From the NCBI GenBank assembly GCA_950097015.1, contig CATNEN010000001.1:10788001-10852000 (forward strand): 64,000 bases of DNA, in the 5' to 3' direction. Shown here piece by piece: positions 1-12,795 of the stretch (the stretch's first letter is position 1; each line of letters opens with the position of its first letter). The notes under the pieces were generated by a model, which worked only from the letters and a program-made list of their open reading frames with translations, did no database searches and had not been told where the DNA came from. The translations under genes were made by a program, and so were the position numbers. Source of the stretch: Macrostomum hystrix (taxonomy: Eukaryota > Animalia > Platyhelminthes).

Positions 1-1985
1 TAAATTCATAGAATCTCTTAGATCCCAATCCTAAACTCACAGAATCTCTTAGATCCCAATGCTAAATTCAGAGAATCTCTTAGATCCCAATCCTAAATTC
101 ACAGAATCTCTTAGATCCCAATCCTAAATTCATAGAATCTCTTAGATCCCAATGCTAAATTCATAGAATCTCTTAGATCCCAATCCTAAATTCACAGAGT
201 CTCTTAGATCCCAATGCTAAATTCACAGAATCTCTTAGATCCCAATCCTAAATTCATAGAATCTCTTAGATCCCAATCCTAAACTCACAGAATCTCTTAG
301 ATCCCAATGCTAAATTCAGAGAATCTCTTCGATCCCAATCCTAAATTCACAGAATCTCTTAGATCCCAATCCTAAATTCATAGAATCTCTTAGATCCCAA
401 TGCTAAATTCATAGAATCTCTTAGATCCCAATCCAAAATTCTTTAGATCTCTTAGATCCCAATCCTAAATTCACAGAATCTCTTAGATCCCAATCCTAAA
501 TTCATAGAATCTCTTATATCCCAATCCTAAATTCATAGAATCTCTTGAATCCCAATCTTAAATTCACAGAATCTCTTAGATCCCAATCCTAAATTCATAG
601 AATAGCTTATATCCCGATCCTAAATTCATAGAATCTCTTAGATCCCAATCCAAAATTCTTTAGATCTCTTAGATCCCAATCCTCAATTCACAGAATCTCT
701 TAGATCCCAATCCTAAATTCACAGAATCTCTTAGATCCCAATCCTAAATTCATAGAATCTCTTAGATCCCAATCCTAAATTCAAACAATCTCTTAGATCC
801 CAATCCTAAATTCACAGAATCTCTTAGATCCCAATCCTAAATTCATAGAATCTCTTAGATCCCAATGCTAAATTCTTAGAATCTCTTAGATCCCAATCCT
901 AAATTCACAGAATCTCTTAGATCCCAATGCTAAATTCACAAAATCTCTTAGATTCCAATCCTAAATTCATAGAATCTCTTGAATCCCAATCCTAAATTCA
1001 TAGAATCTCTTATATATCAATCCTAAATTCATAGAATCTCTTAGATCCCAATCCTAAATTCACAGAATCTCTTAGATCCCAATCCTAAATTCATAGAATC
1101 TCTTAGATCCCAATCCTAAATTCTTAGAATCTCTTAGATCACAATCCTAAATTCACAGAATCTCTTATATCCCATTATTAATTCACAGAATCTTTTAGAT
1201 CCCAATGCTAAATTAACAAAATCTCTTAGATTCCAATCCTAAATTCATAGAATGTCTTGAATCCCAATCCTAAATTCATAGAATCTCTTATATATCAATC
1301 CTAAATTCATAGAATCTCCTAGATCCCAATCCTAAATTCATAGAATCTCTTAGATCATAATCCTAAATTCATAGAATCTCTTAGATCCCAATCCTAAATT
1401 CATGGGATCTCTTAGATTCCAATCCTAAATTAACAGAATCTCTTGGATCCCAATCCTAAATTCACAGAATCTCTTAGATCCCAATCCTAAATTCATAGAA
1501 TCTCTTCGATCCCAATCCTAAATTCACAGAATCTCTTAGATCCCAATCCTAAATTCACAGAATCTCTTATATCCCAATTCTTAATTCACAGAATCTTTTA
1601 GATCCCAATGCTAAATTCAGAGAATCTCTTAGATCCCAATCCTAAATTCATAGAATCTCTTATATCCCAATCCTAAATTCATAGAATCTCTTAGATCCCA
1701 ATCCTAAATTCATAGAATCTCTTATATCCCAATCCTAAATTCATAGAATCTCTTATATCCCAATCCTAAATTCATAGAATCTCTTAGATCCCAATCCTAA
1801 ATTCATAGAATCTCTTATATCCCAATCATAAATTCATAGAATCTCTTATATCCCAATCCTAAATTCATAGAATCTCTTAGATCCCAATCCTAAATTCATA
1901 GAATCTCTTATATCCCAATCCTAAATTCATAGAATCTCTTAGATCCCAATCCTAAATTCACAGAATCTTATATATCAATCCTAAA
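1..1985. repeat. 31-bp tandem satellite (TAAATTCAYAGAATCTCTTAGATCCCAATCC), runs off the window start
   Basis: About 64 near-identical contiguous units, read directly. Confidence 0.97.
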
Positions 1986-2690
1986 TCATTGCTTAGCTAA
2001 ATTGTGTTTGTGGCGTAACAGAAGTGAGATCATTGCTTAGCCTAATTGGGTTAATTGCATAACAGAACTAAGATCATTGCTTAGCGTAATTGGGATCATT
2101 TGGCATAACTAAGTTGGGATCCTTGCATACTAAATTGGGATCATAGCAAACCAGAATTGGAATTATCGCATAATGAAATTGGGCTCATGGCATGATATGA
2201 ATGGGATCATTGAAGAATGGAAAATTGGATTCATTGTTTACCAGAATTATGATTAGTAAGAGGGGCGTTCGTAAGGTAATGAAAATTTTCTGCTACGAGT
2301 TGGGATCAAGGCAAACCAGAATAGGATCGGATTGGGTTCCCAATAGCCAATTGGGTTCCCAACCCAATAGCTAAATTGGGTTCATAGCATAACAGAACTG
2401 AGATCATTGCTTAGCTAAATTGTGTTTGTGGCGTAACAGAACTGAGATCATTGCTTAGCTAAATTGGGTTCATTGCATAGTAGAACTGAGATCATTGCTT
2501 AGCTAAATTGTGTTTGTGGCGTAACAGAACTGAGATCATTGCTTAGCTAAATTGGGATCTTTTGGCGTAACTAAAATGGGATTATTGCATAACTAAATTG
2601 AGATCCTTTCATAACTAGATTGAGATCATTGCATAACTAGATTGGGATCAAGGCAAACCAGAATAGGATTGGATACAATCGGATCCCAAT
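1986..2690. repeat. Degenerate 22/44-bp tandem repeat (CATTGCTTAGCTAAATTGTGTTTGTGGCGTAACAGAACTGAGAT)
   Basis: Repeated units. The TTGGGATC core is the reverse complement of GATCCCAA in the 31-bp satellite. Also present at ~3600-3690, 8200-8280 and 9308-9680. Confidence 0.85.
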
Positions 2691-4163
2691 TTAGTTGTGT
2701 CATGAAAGTTAATAAGTAATAGTGAAATTAATGTAGGTAAATATTAGGTGAATATATAGCAGGTTGGCTGCATATCAATGGGCCTTGAGATTGTGGTTGA
2801 AATAACGTGTTTGCTGCTTTATTCACGATTCAGAGGTTCTTCCACTCTAAAACTGAGGGTATGCAGCCATGAGAGAGAGGTTTGAAGCAGCTTCAGCAAA
2901 CCTAGAGACTTGTGATAGCTAAGCTTTTTGTGTGACGTTGAGTGCGTGAACTTAACTTGCCCCAGTGAATGCCTCTGACCAGCAGTGCAGAGTAAAGCAA
3001 GCCAACAAGCAGTAGGATTGACACCATTATTCTTGCAGTCAAATGCAATGAACTGTGCAATGATACTGTCTTGTTGGCGGAGCCTTCTGCAAGTGCATCA
3101 TGTTTACTGTTTGTGGGTAATATTTTTAGGTGCAATGCAATTTTTTCTTTTTTCATTGAACTGAATTCTCTACATTTGGAGTTTGTTTTCTTATAATGTC
3201 ATAATGATATGTATTTGTATAATAATAATTTTGCCAGATGCTCACTCAATTGTTGTTGTTTTGTTGTTTTCAATGTGTTTTGCAATTGTAGAAATACAAA
3301 TAAATGTTTTAGTGGACAATGACCAGTCCCATGATTCATGAATCTGCACACCTGGTACCTGCCTTATTCTATTTTAAAAGATAAATTGTCAGGCATGCAT
3401 TTATAATGAAGAATGATACAAAATGGATTACTAAGAAAAGAGGTCAGATGAGAAATAGGATATGATCAGAACTGGAATCATTAAGAAAAAGAGAGGAGAT
3501 TAGAAATTGATCCATTGATCAATTGATTGAAACTGAACACTAATAAATTCAAATTAGATGGGATCATAATGGAATTGGGATCAGGGATTACCTAGGCAAA
3601 ATCATTAGCTAAATTGGGTTCATTGCGTAACAGAACTGAGATCGTTGCTTAGCTAAATTGTGTTTGTGGCATAACAAAACTGAGCATAACAGATCCCAAT
3701 CCAAAATTCACAGAATATCTTAGATCCCAATGCTAAATTCAGAGAATCTCTTAGATCCCAATGCTAAATTCAGAGAATGCAATTCTTGCAGTCACATGCA
3801 ATGAACTGTGCAATGATACTGTATTGTAGGCGGAGCAATCTGCGAATTCATCATCTCTACTGTCTTTGTAAGTAAGTATTCACAAAGCAATTCTTAAACT
3901 CATCAGTTGTCATTGAATTCCCTTATTTATAATATGTTTTTTTGCATACTTTCATGTGGATGTTTGTTTAGTTAAAAACTTTCAATTAAGCTCCAAAACT
4001 TCATTTTAGGTTCTAAATTGATCATAGCAATGAGCTGTGTCAGTTAAGTTTCTTATTTTCATTTAGGAGTAAGAAAAAGCAACACGAAACACTTATTTAT
4101 CCAGTAAACAGAAATATTTATTTTATTTATTTAGAATAAACAGATTCCACAAACAGATTAAAT

Positions 4164-4478
<315 letters not shown>

Positions 4479-5254
4479 TTGTGCAGTGGAACTTGGAGTT
4501 AAACAGGCGTAGTAGTTGTGGTTGATTTTCATGGTTGTGGGGCTATTCAATGTTGTACGTCATATAAATACACTCCGCCGTAAGGGCTGGATTTTAACCT
4601 AACCAGTGCTCAAAACCCTGCAGATTAGCTTGGTCCATTCTGATTGGCTTACAGCTGTTAGGCAGTCCAAAGTTGTCTCATCCAGTTTGCGCCTTGAAGT
4701 TTTTTTGTATCGTCTAGACGTTACGTTGTAGTTGAGGTAGGACAGCTTAATGCTGTGTGATTTGAGATTGGTGTATACAGTGGGTGGTGTTCTGCCATTT
4801 TGACTGGCTTAGCCTTATCAGTTCATTAGGGTTTGGTTAATATCAAAGCTGTTTCTGATTGGTCAGCAGCTTTTGGGCCCACTCCTCACTTATGTTATTG
4901 GGGGTGGTGGATTTGAGGGGTCTGGAAGCCGGAGGAGGTTGCCACACCCAATTGAAAGTGGCGTGAGTCATCGCACTTTTAAGTGCACGGTGGGTTGTTA
5001 TTTTGAAATGAATATAGAGATACTAGCTTTTTTTGCCCGTTGTTTTTAGGGGCAGAAATTTAAAGCAAAGCAGTAAGCAATTCACGTCTCTGTATTAACT
5101 TTATAGTGAAGGTCACCATTTATTTATTTACTGCATTAATGAAAAGTGAAGAGTTTGTTTAAGGGCGTTTTAAGTAAAAAATAAGTGAAAAGTTTGTCCA
5201 AACAGCCCCCTCTTGATTACTTCTTTAGAAACATGTCTCTTAGCCACTCTTAGA

Positions 5255-6020
5255 TAAACCAGAGTTTGAATCATGGCAAAACCAGCGTTTGAATCATGGC
5301 TAAACCAGATTATGAATCATGGCTAAACCATCGTTTGAATCATGGCTAAACCAGAGTTTGAATCATGGCTAAACCAGAGTCTGAATCATGGCTAAAACAT
5401 AGCTTGAATCATGGCTAAACCATCGTTTGAATCATTGCTAAACCAGAGTTTAAAATCATGGCTAAACCAGAGTTTGAATCATGGCTAAACCATCGTTTGA
5501 ATCATGGCTAAACCATCGTTTAAATCATGGCTAAACCATCGTTTGAATCATGGCTAAACCAGAGTCTGAATCATGGCTAAACCATCGTTTGAATCATGGC
5601 AAAACCAGAGTTTGAATCATGGCTAAACCATCGTTTGAATCATGGCAAAACCAGAGTTTGAATCATGGCTAAACCAGAGTTTGAATCATGGCTAAACCAG
5701 AGTCTGAATCATGGCTAAAACATAGCTTGAATCATGGCTAAACCATCGTTTGAATCATTGCTAAACCAGAGTTTAAAATCATGGCTAAACCAGAGTTTGA
5801 ATCATGGCTAAACCAGAGTCTTAATCATGGCTAAACCAGATCTTGAATCATGGCTAAACCAGAGCTTGAATCATGGCTAAAACATAGCTTGAATCATGGC
5901 TAAACCATCGTTTGAATCATTGCTAAACCAGAGTTTAAAATCATGGCAAAACCAGAGGTTGAATCATGGCCAACCAGAGTTTGAATCATGGCTAAACCAG
6001 CGTCTGAATCATGGCTAAAC
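5255..6020. repeat. 23-bp tandem minisatellite (TAAACCAGAGTTTGAATCATGGC)
   Basis: About 33 contiguous units. Confidence 0.95.
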
Positions 6021-6309
6021 CATGATTCGCACTAGGTAAAGTCGCACTAGGTTGGGGCTTGCACTGGCAGTTTAATGAAATCACTTTAGTTGAATACAAA
6101 GTTTACTGCTATTGGCTGACTTGAAACCCTCTATTTTTAGCCACGTTAGCCACACGCCGCACTGGCTTCCCAATTACAGTGTACATTTGAGATCTTTTTT
6201 GTGTCCTATTATTGAAGTGTGTCGAAAACAGATTGCATAACAAGTCGCACCACACTCGACTCTGACACCCCACACAGTGTACATAAAGAAAGAACGTAAA
6301 AGCTAAGGC

Positions 6310-6470
6310 AATCACCAGCCAATCCACAACAAGTAGCCCAGTGGGTGGATTAAAACAAAACTCTCTCTGATTGGTTAGCCAGATCTAAATTGATCTTTAC
6401 ATGGCACCCTCTATTGGCATGAGTCATCACAGTTAGGGTTGTCCGAAACAAAATGCTGCAATATAAACTG
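6310..6470 (+). promoter_or_regulatory. Pol II promoter of the RPA-like gene
   Basis: CCAAT/ATTGG boxes at ~6319, 6370 and 6413; TATAAA at 6462, about 110 bp before the ATG. Confidence 0.5.
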
Positions 6471-6573
6471 GCACAATTGGCCTTGATGCTAAAACTATCA
6501 AACCACAAACCGTAAAGACCTTACCAGTGAAATTTTTATAATCCATATTTTTGGCAACTATCAATCGAGCAAT

Positions 6574-7982
6574 ATGGAGTCAACCGAAGGAGCCAAGAAA
6601 AGCAAAGCGTGTATCTCTGCTCTGCTTCCGGGCCTGATGCACGCTGCAATCGTTGGCCTCGTAATGAGGCTGTCCAAAATCACGGACTTTGAAGGCAAAA
6701 GAGGACCAGGCCAAGTGTTTTCCTTTATCCTCTGTGACGACACCGGCGATATACGTGTAAGCGTGTTCGGAAAGGATCTTAAGCCTTTCCTGGAGGTGTG
6801 TCGTGAGGGCGTCGCCGTCCGCATATCCGGCGGCTGGGTGAAGAAGGCGGATCCCAAATACAGCTCTACGGACAATGAGCACGAGCTAACAGTTTCAATT
6901 GACCAAAGTGGAACCATTGTGAGGACCCTCGAGACCGTCACTCGACGTGCACCAATCTATAAGAAGATAAAGGAGATTTCGGACTGTGAAATGAAAATGT
7001 AAGTTAACTTGTTGCAATTGTTAAAAATAAAATGGAAAGGATTTGGAATATATATTCCCACTAAATGTTAGGTTAGCCAATTATTTCTAGGGAAACTTAT
7101 TTAAATCAGTCAGTGAAGTTGCTTAGTGAATGAGTTAATGCATTCTTGTAAGTTCACCCTTTGCCTCACATATCTCAGGAATGTTAACGTCTATGGCACG
7201 ATTTCTGCTGTCCAGAAACCAACGGAAGTTAAAACCGGTTCCGGAAAACTTGTCAACCTGGCGAAAGTGACGCTTGTTGATCAGTCTGGGTCCTCCGTGT
7301 CGTGCACATTTTGGGCCAGCTCTACTGCCCAAGTTAATGACTGGTCTGTGGGCGACGTTCTAGCGATTCATGGTGCTCAAGTCCAGGAATATTCCCAGAC
7401 AATCAGTCTCGGATGTTCAAAAGCGGAAATTCAGCATTGGCCAGAAGACTCTGCTGATGTCTCCGACATTACCCAGTGGTACAAGGATGCGCTTTCTAGC
7501 CAACAGTGCTTCGAGGAGCTACGCGTGACGCAAAGCTCCCAGCGGGAGAAATATGCTAACCGTGACGACGAAATGGTATTACAGTACCCAGAGCGAATGT
7601 TCGACCAATTCGATGAGGTGCGAAGAATTAAAGTGCGATTTGGGGACAAAGAGGTAAGTTGATTTTACGAGTACTACGTGTGGGTTAAATAGAAACATGG
7701 AGTCAGAGAACGTACTAAAGAAGCAATAAGTGATTGACTGCTTAGATTCATTATTAACTTGTTCAATGAGGCCTCTTATCTCTAAAGATTAGGTTTATTC
7801 ATTCATTCAAGAGTAATATGAATATAAAAAATTTATTAAATTCATATATAAATTTCATTTCACAGGTGACATTTTCCCGAGATCATATCAACAGAAGTCA
7901 GCAGATCCCCGCTATGTCAACCCCTAAGGCTCCCAATGTGTCCGAGAAGCCTGGGCCATCACATGATTTCATGGACGAGTAG
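6574..7982 (+). CDS. RPA1(RPA70)-like ssDNA-binding protein with two OB folds; exons 6574-6998, 7179-7653, 7866-7982; 338 aa
   Basis: GQVFSFILCDDTGDIRVSVF...VKKADPKYS...EHEL resembles DBD-A; VNVYG...VTLVDQSGSSVSCTFW...GDVLAIHGA resembles DBD-B. Both GTAAGT..AG introns keep the frame. AATAAA at 7996. Confidence 0.85.
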
Positions 7983-8287
7983 GACTTGAAAGACTAATAA
8001 AGATGCAATTAACGTAAGTAATGCTTGAGTGCATTTTTGTCTGCCAGTAGCGCATCTGAGTTCGATAGCCATCACAAGTAGTTTAACCTGATATGTATAA
8101 TATGGCCCGATGAGACATATCAGGTAAATCCTGCTTTATTCACCTAATAAATTAAAATTAGATGGGATCATAATGGAATTGGGATCAGGGATTAGCTAAG
8201 CAAAATGATTAGCTAAATTGTGTTCATTGCATAACAGAACTGAGATCATTGCTTAGCGAAATTGGGTTCATTGCTTGCTCATTGGGT

Positions 8288-10510
8288 TCACAGAATCTCT
8301 TAGATCCCAATCCTAAATTCACAGAATCTCTTAGATCCCAATCCTAAATTCATAGAATCTCTTAGATCCCAATCCTAAATTCATAGAATCTCTTAGATCC
8401 CAATGCTAAATTCACAGAATCTCTTAGATCCCAATCCTAAATTCATGGGATCTCTTAGATCCCAATCCTAAATTCACAGAATCTCTTAGATCCCAATCCT
8501 AAATTCACAGAATCTCTTAAATCCCAATCCTAAATTCATAGAATCTCTTAGATCCCAATCCTAAATTCATAGAATCTCTTAGATCCCAATGCTAAATTCA
8601 CAGAATCTCTTAGATCCCAATCCTAAATTCATAGAATCTCTTAGATCCCAATCCTAAATTCACAGAATCTCTTAGATCGCAATCCTAAATTCATAGAATC
8701 TCTTAGATCCCAATCCTAAATTCATAGAATCTCTTATATTCCAATCCTAAATTCATAGAATCTCTTCGATCCCAATCCTAAATTCATAGAATCTCTTAGA
8801 TCCCAATCCTAAATTCACAGAATCTCTTAGATCCCAATCCTAAATTCTTAGAATCTCTTAGATTCCAATCCTAAATTCATAGAATCTCTTGAATCCCAAT
8901 GCTAAATTCACAGAATCTCTTAGATCCCAATCCTAAATTCATAGAATCTCTTAGATCCCAATCCTAAATTCATAGAATCTCTTAGATCCCAATCCTAAAT
9001 TCACAGAATCTCTTAGATCCCAATCCTAAATTCACAGAATCTCTTAGATCCCAATCCTAAATTCATAGAATCTCTTAGATCCCAATTCTTAATTCACAGA
9101 ATCTTTTAGATCCCAATCCTAAATTCATAGAATCTCTTAGATCCCAATCCTAAATTCATAGAATCTCTTATATCCCAATCCTAAATTCATAGAATCTCTT
9201 AGATCCCAATCCTAAATTCATAGAATCTCTTAGATCCCAATCCTAAATTCATAGAATCTCTTAGATCCCAATCCTAAATTCACAGAATCTTATATATCAA
9301 TCCTAAATCATTGCTTAGCTAAATTGTGTTTGTGGCATAACAGAAGTGAGATCATTGCTTAGCTAAATTGTGTTTGTGGCATAACAGAACTGAGATCATT
9401 GCTTAGCTAAATTGTGTTTGTGGCGTAACAGAAGTGAGATCATTGCTTAGCCTAATTGGGTTCATTGCATAACAGAAGTGAGATCATTGCTTAGCCTAAT
9501 TGGGTTCATTGCATAATAGAACTGAGATCATTGCTTAGCTAAATTGGGATCTTTTGGGCGTAACTAAAATGGGATTATTGCATAACTAAATTGAGATCCT
9601 TTCATAACTAGATTGAGATCATTGCATAACTAGATTGGGATCAAGGCAAACCAGAATAGGATCGGATACAATCGGATCCCAATTTAGTTGTGCCATGAAA
9701 GTTAATAAGTAATAGTGAAATTAATGTAGGTAAATATTAGGTGAATAAATAGCAGGTTGGCTGCATATCAATGGGCCCTGAGATTGTGGTTGAAATAACG
9801 TGTTTGCTGCTTTTTCACGATTCAGAGGTTCTTCCACTCTAAAACTGAGGGTATGCAGCCATGAGAGAGAGGTTTGAAGCAGCTTCAGCAAACCTAGAGA
9901 CTTGTGATAGCTAAGCTTTTTGTGTGACGTTGAGTGCGTGAACTTAACTTGCCCCAGTGAATGCCTCTGACCAGCAGTGCAGAGTAAAGCAAGCCAACAA
10001 GCAGTAGGATTGACACCATTATTCTTGCAGTCAAATGCAATGAACTGTGCAATGATACTGTCTTGTTGGCGGAGCCTTCTGCAAGTGCATCATGTTTACT
10101 GTTTGTGGGTAATATTTTTAGGTGCAATGCAATTTTTTCTTTTTTCATTGAACTGAATTCTCTACATTTGGAGTTTGTTTTCTTATAATGTCATAATGAT
10201 ATGTATTTGTATAATAATAATTTTGCCAGATGCTCACTCAATTGTTGTTGTTTTGTTGTTTTCAATGTGTTTTGCAATTGAAGAAATACAAAAATTGTTT
10301 CAGTGGACAAAGACCAGTCCCATGATTCATGAATCTGCATACCTGGTACCTGCCTTATTCTATTTTAAAAGATAAATTGTCAGGCATGCATTTATAATGA
10401 AGAATGATACAAAATGGATTACTAAGAAAAGAGGTCAGATGAGAAATAGGATCTGATCAGAACTGGAATCATTAAGAAAAAGAAAGGAGATTAGAAATTG
10501 ATCCATTGAT
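8288..10510. repeat. Second copy of the block [31-bp satellite + 22/44-bp repeat + ~800-bp unique segment] seen at 1-3519
   Basis: The unique segment 2700-3519 recurs at an offset of ~6992 bp (identical 84-aa ORFs at 2902 and 9894). Confidence 0.93.
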
Positions 10511-10592
10511 ATTTAATTAGCCATTGATATGAGCTAACCATTTTGAACTATCAAAATGGATCTAATTTGAAATAGACTTTTATGTCATATAG

Positions 10593-11369
10593 GATTTGAT
10601 TCAAAATAAGATTTGACAATGTGAATGAGGCATATAAGAAAAGAGAAGTCTGCTGAGGAGTGTGACTAGAAAAGAAAGGGGGAATTTAGCATGATAATAT
10701 ATATCATATATCATGCCTATATATAGCCAATGTTAGCTTTATTAAAAGTGTCAAACCAAAGGTCGAAGGATGTAGCTCCAGTTGCTTTTGCAAAGTCCAT
10801 TCACAATGAGATAGCTGCATTGAACTGACTCTTTAAGTCATTTATTATAATAAGAGGGGCCTCATTCAAGGGCAATAGTTGCAATGCTGAGCTACTTATT
10901 GTTCGGAACATTGCAGTCGCAGTTAGTACGATGAGCAGGGCTAAGAAATTCACTTACAAATGAAGAAAGTAAAAAATTTCTCGGGATGTATATAAAACTG
11001 TAGTACACATGAGCAATACAAGCAACAAGAACATCGGAATAAAGCAAGTCATTTCTCGGAAAGTCGCAATTTCTTGGAATATTATTTAATTTATTTTCAG
11101 TAACAACTAAAAAAGTGATCTCAACAGTTTTATAAACTAAATAAATAAAATAATTTTTATCAAACACGTTGACATATACAGGGCTCGAAACTAAAAAACT
11201 GTAAAAGGTTAGTAGTTTTGTTTTACCTAAAATGCGTTATTAACGATCTCCAAAAATTCCTATTTTAAGCTTAAGCTTAAAAAAGACACTTCAAGTACTC
11301 CTGCTAAAAGGTATATATTAGACGAATATAAATTATTTCTGCTCCCCGAAGGGGGGCAAAACTTGCTAG
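10593..11369 (+). mobile_element. 3' terminal region of an upstream Helitron
   Basis: Closely similar to 30113-30880. Hairpin GCTCCCCGAAGGGGGGC followed by CTAG at 11366-11369. Confidence 0.88.
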
Positions 11370-11894
11370 TCTTCTTATATACTAAAAATGAAATGGTTGC
11401 TTGGTTGCTTGTAATTGATTTTCTCCCGAACGGCTCAACCGATTTTCACCATTTCTTCACCAAAATATGCCAAATATGGGCAGAATTTTACACGTATTTT
11501 TAATAAGCTTAACTTCATTGTTAAGGGGATTAAATATTCGAAAAACTGTTTTAGATAGGATTTTTAATGCTTTCATCAGAGCCAGTTTTGTCAACGTGCA
11601 TTCCACTGCCAATTTTAATGATTGCATCAGGGCCAGTTTTGTTAATAGTGAGTACACTGATAAGAATTTCACTGTGTCAAATGTACATAGCTATGTCAAC
11701 CCCACTGGCGAGACAGTCAGTGCGAATTTATAAATAGATTACATCACAGCTTTTCTCACCCGTGTGTGTGATTTGAATAGGTAAAATGTGCATAGCCCTG
11801 CAGACTTCAATTCAACGATATATTGAGACATCTACTCCTTTCTTACTACAACATATAAATCATCAAATCTTTAACAAAATGTCAATCGAGAAAA

Positions 11895-12410
11895 GTGTCC
11901 AACAGTTTTTTAAATGTCCAACAGTTTTTTAAATGTCCTACAGTTTTCTACATGTGTTTACCAGTATTCTAAAAGTGTTTACCAGTATTCTAAATGTTTT
12001 TACCAGTATTCTAAATGTGTTTACCAGTTTTCTAAATGTGTTTACCAGTATTCTAAATGTGTTTACCAGTATTCTAAATGTGTTTACCAGTATTCTAAAA
12101 GTGTTTACCAGTATTCTAAATGTGTTTACCAGTACTCTAAATGTGTTTACCAGTATTCTAAATGTGTTTACCAGTATTCTAAACATGTTTAACAGTTTTC
12201 TAAATGTGTTTACCAGAATTCTAAACCGTTTTCTATATGTGTATAACAGTTTTCTAAAACTGGGTCTCTAAATGTTTTCTAAATGTGTATAATTCTAAAC
12301 GTGTTTAACAGTTTTCTAAAAGTGTTTAACAGTGTTCTAAATGTGTTTACCAGTTTTTAAAATGTGTTTTACAGTTCTTAAAATGTGTTTTTATAACTGT
12401 TTTCTAAATG
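11895..12410. repeat. 21-bp minisatellite (TGTGTTTACCAGTATTCTAAA) in the Helitron 5' region
   Basis: Contiguous units that decay at both edges. Confidence 0.93.
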
Positions 12411-12795
12411 TTCTCTGAGGCCACATTGGTTCTCTGCTGGGTATAGTATTCTCATGTACATTAGTACCCTAACCCGCTTTATTTTCAGGCTGGCGCAGAC
12501 CAGTGTACATTGTTAGCCCTCTGACCTGGAATGTGCACACACAGGCCTGGAGAGCCCACACCCGAAATCATAGGTTTTTAAGATTCAGACCCCTTTCTTC
12601 TTTATCGATTTTTCAGTTTTTACCCTGCGTCTTAAGATAAGGGCCGATTCAGCCCCACTGGATGATAAATAGCCTGCAAATTAGTTTGGCTAAAGGGCGC
12701 CTTCTGATTCTTCAGACATCCAAATCACAAACCTTTACCTTTCAAACCTTATCATTCTTTCTCAACTATTTCATTTCACTTCTCATTTCTCAATC

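Noticed and set aside
1-1985. Telomeric repeat (TTTAGGATTGGG on the minus strand)
   Set aside because: Only part of a 31-bp unit that recurs internally at 8.3-9.3 kb; no TTAGGG array.
2902-3156. 84-aa ORF present twice
   Set aside because: Identity reflects the recent duplication; no motif supports coding.
3780-3870. TRAF-type zinc-finger-like peptide (CNELC...RRSNLRIHHLYC)
   Set aside because: Requires a frameshift in every copy; too speculative.
11914-12271. Repetitive ORFs, and likewise those at 31.9-32.5 kb and 35.3-35.8 kb
   Set aside because: Products of stop-free minisatellites with unit lengths divisible by 3.
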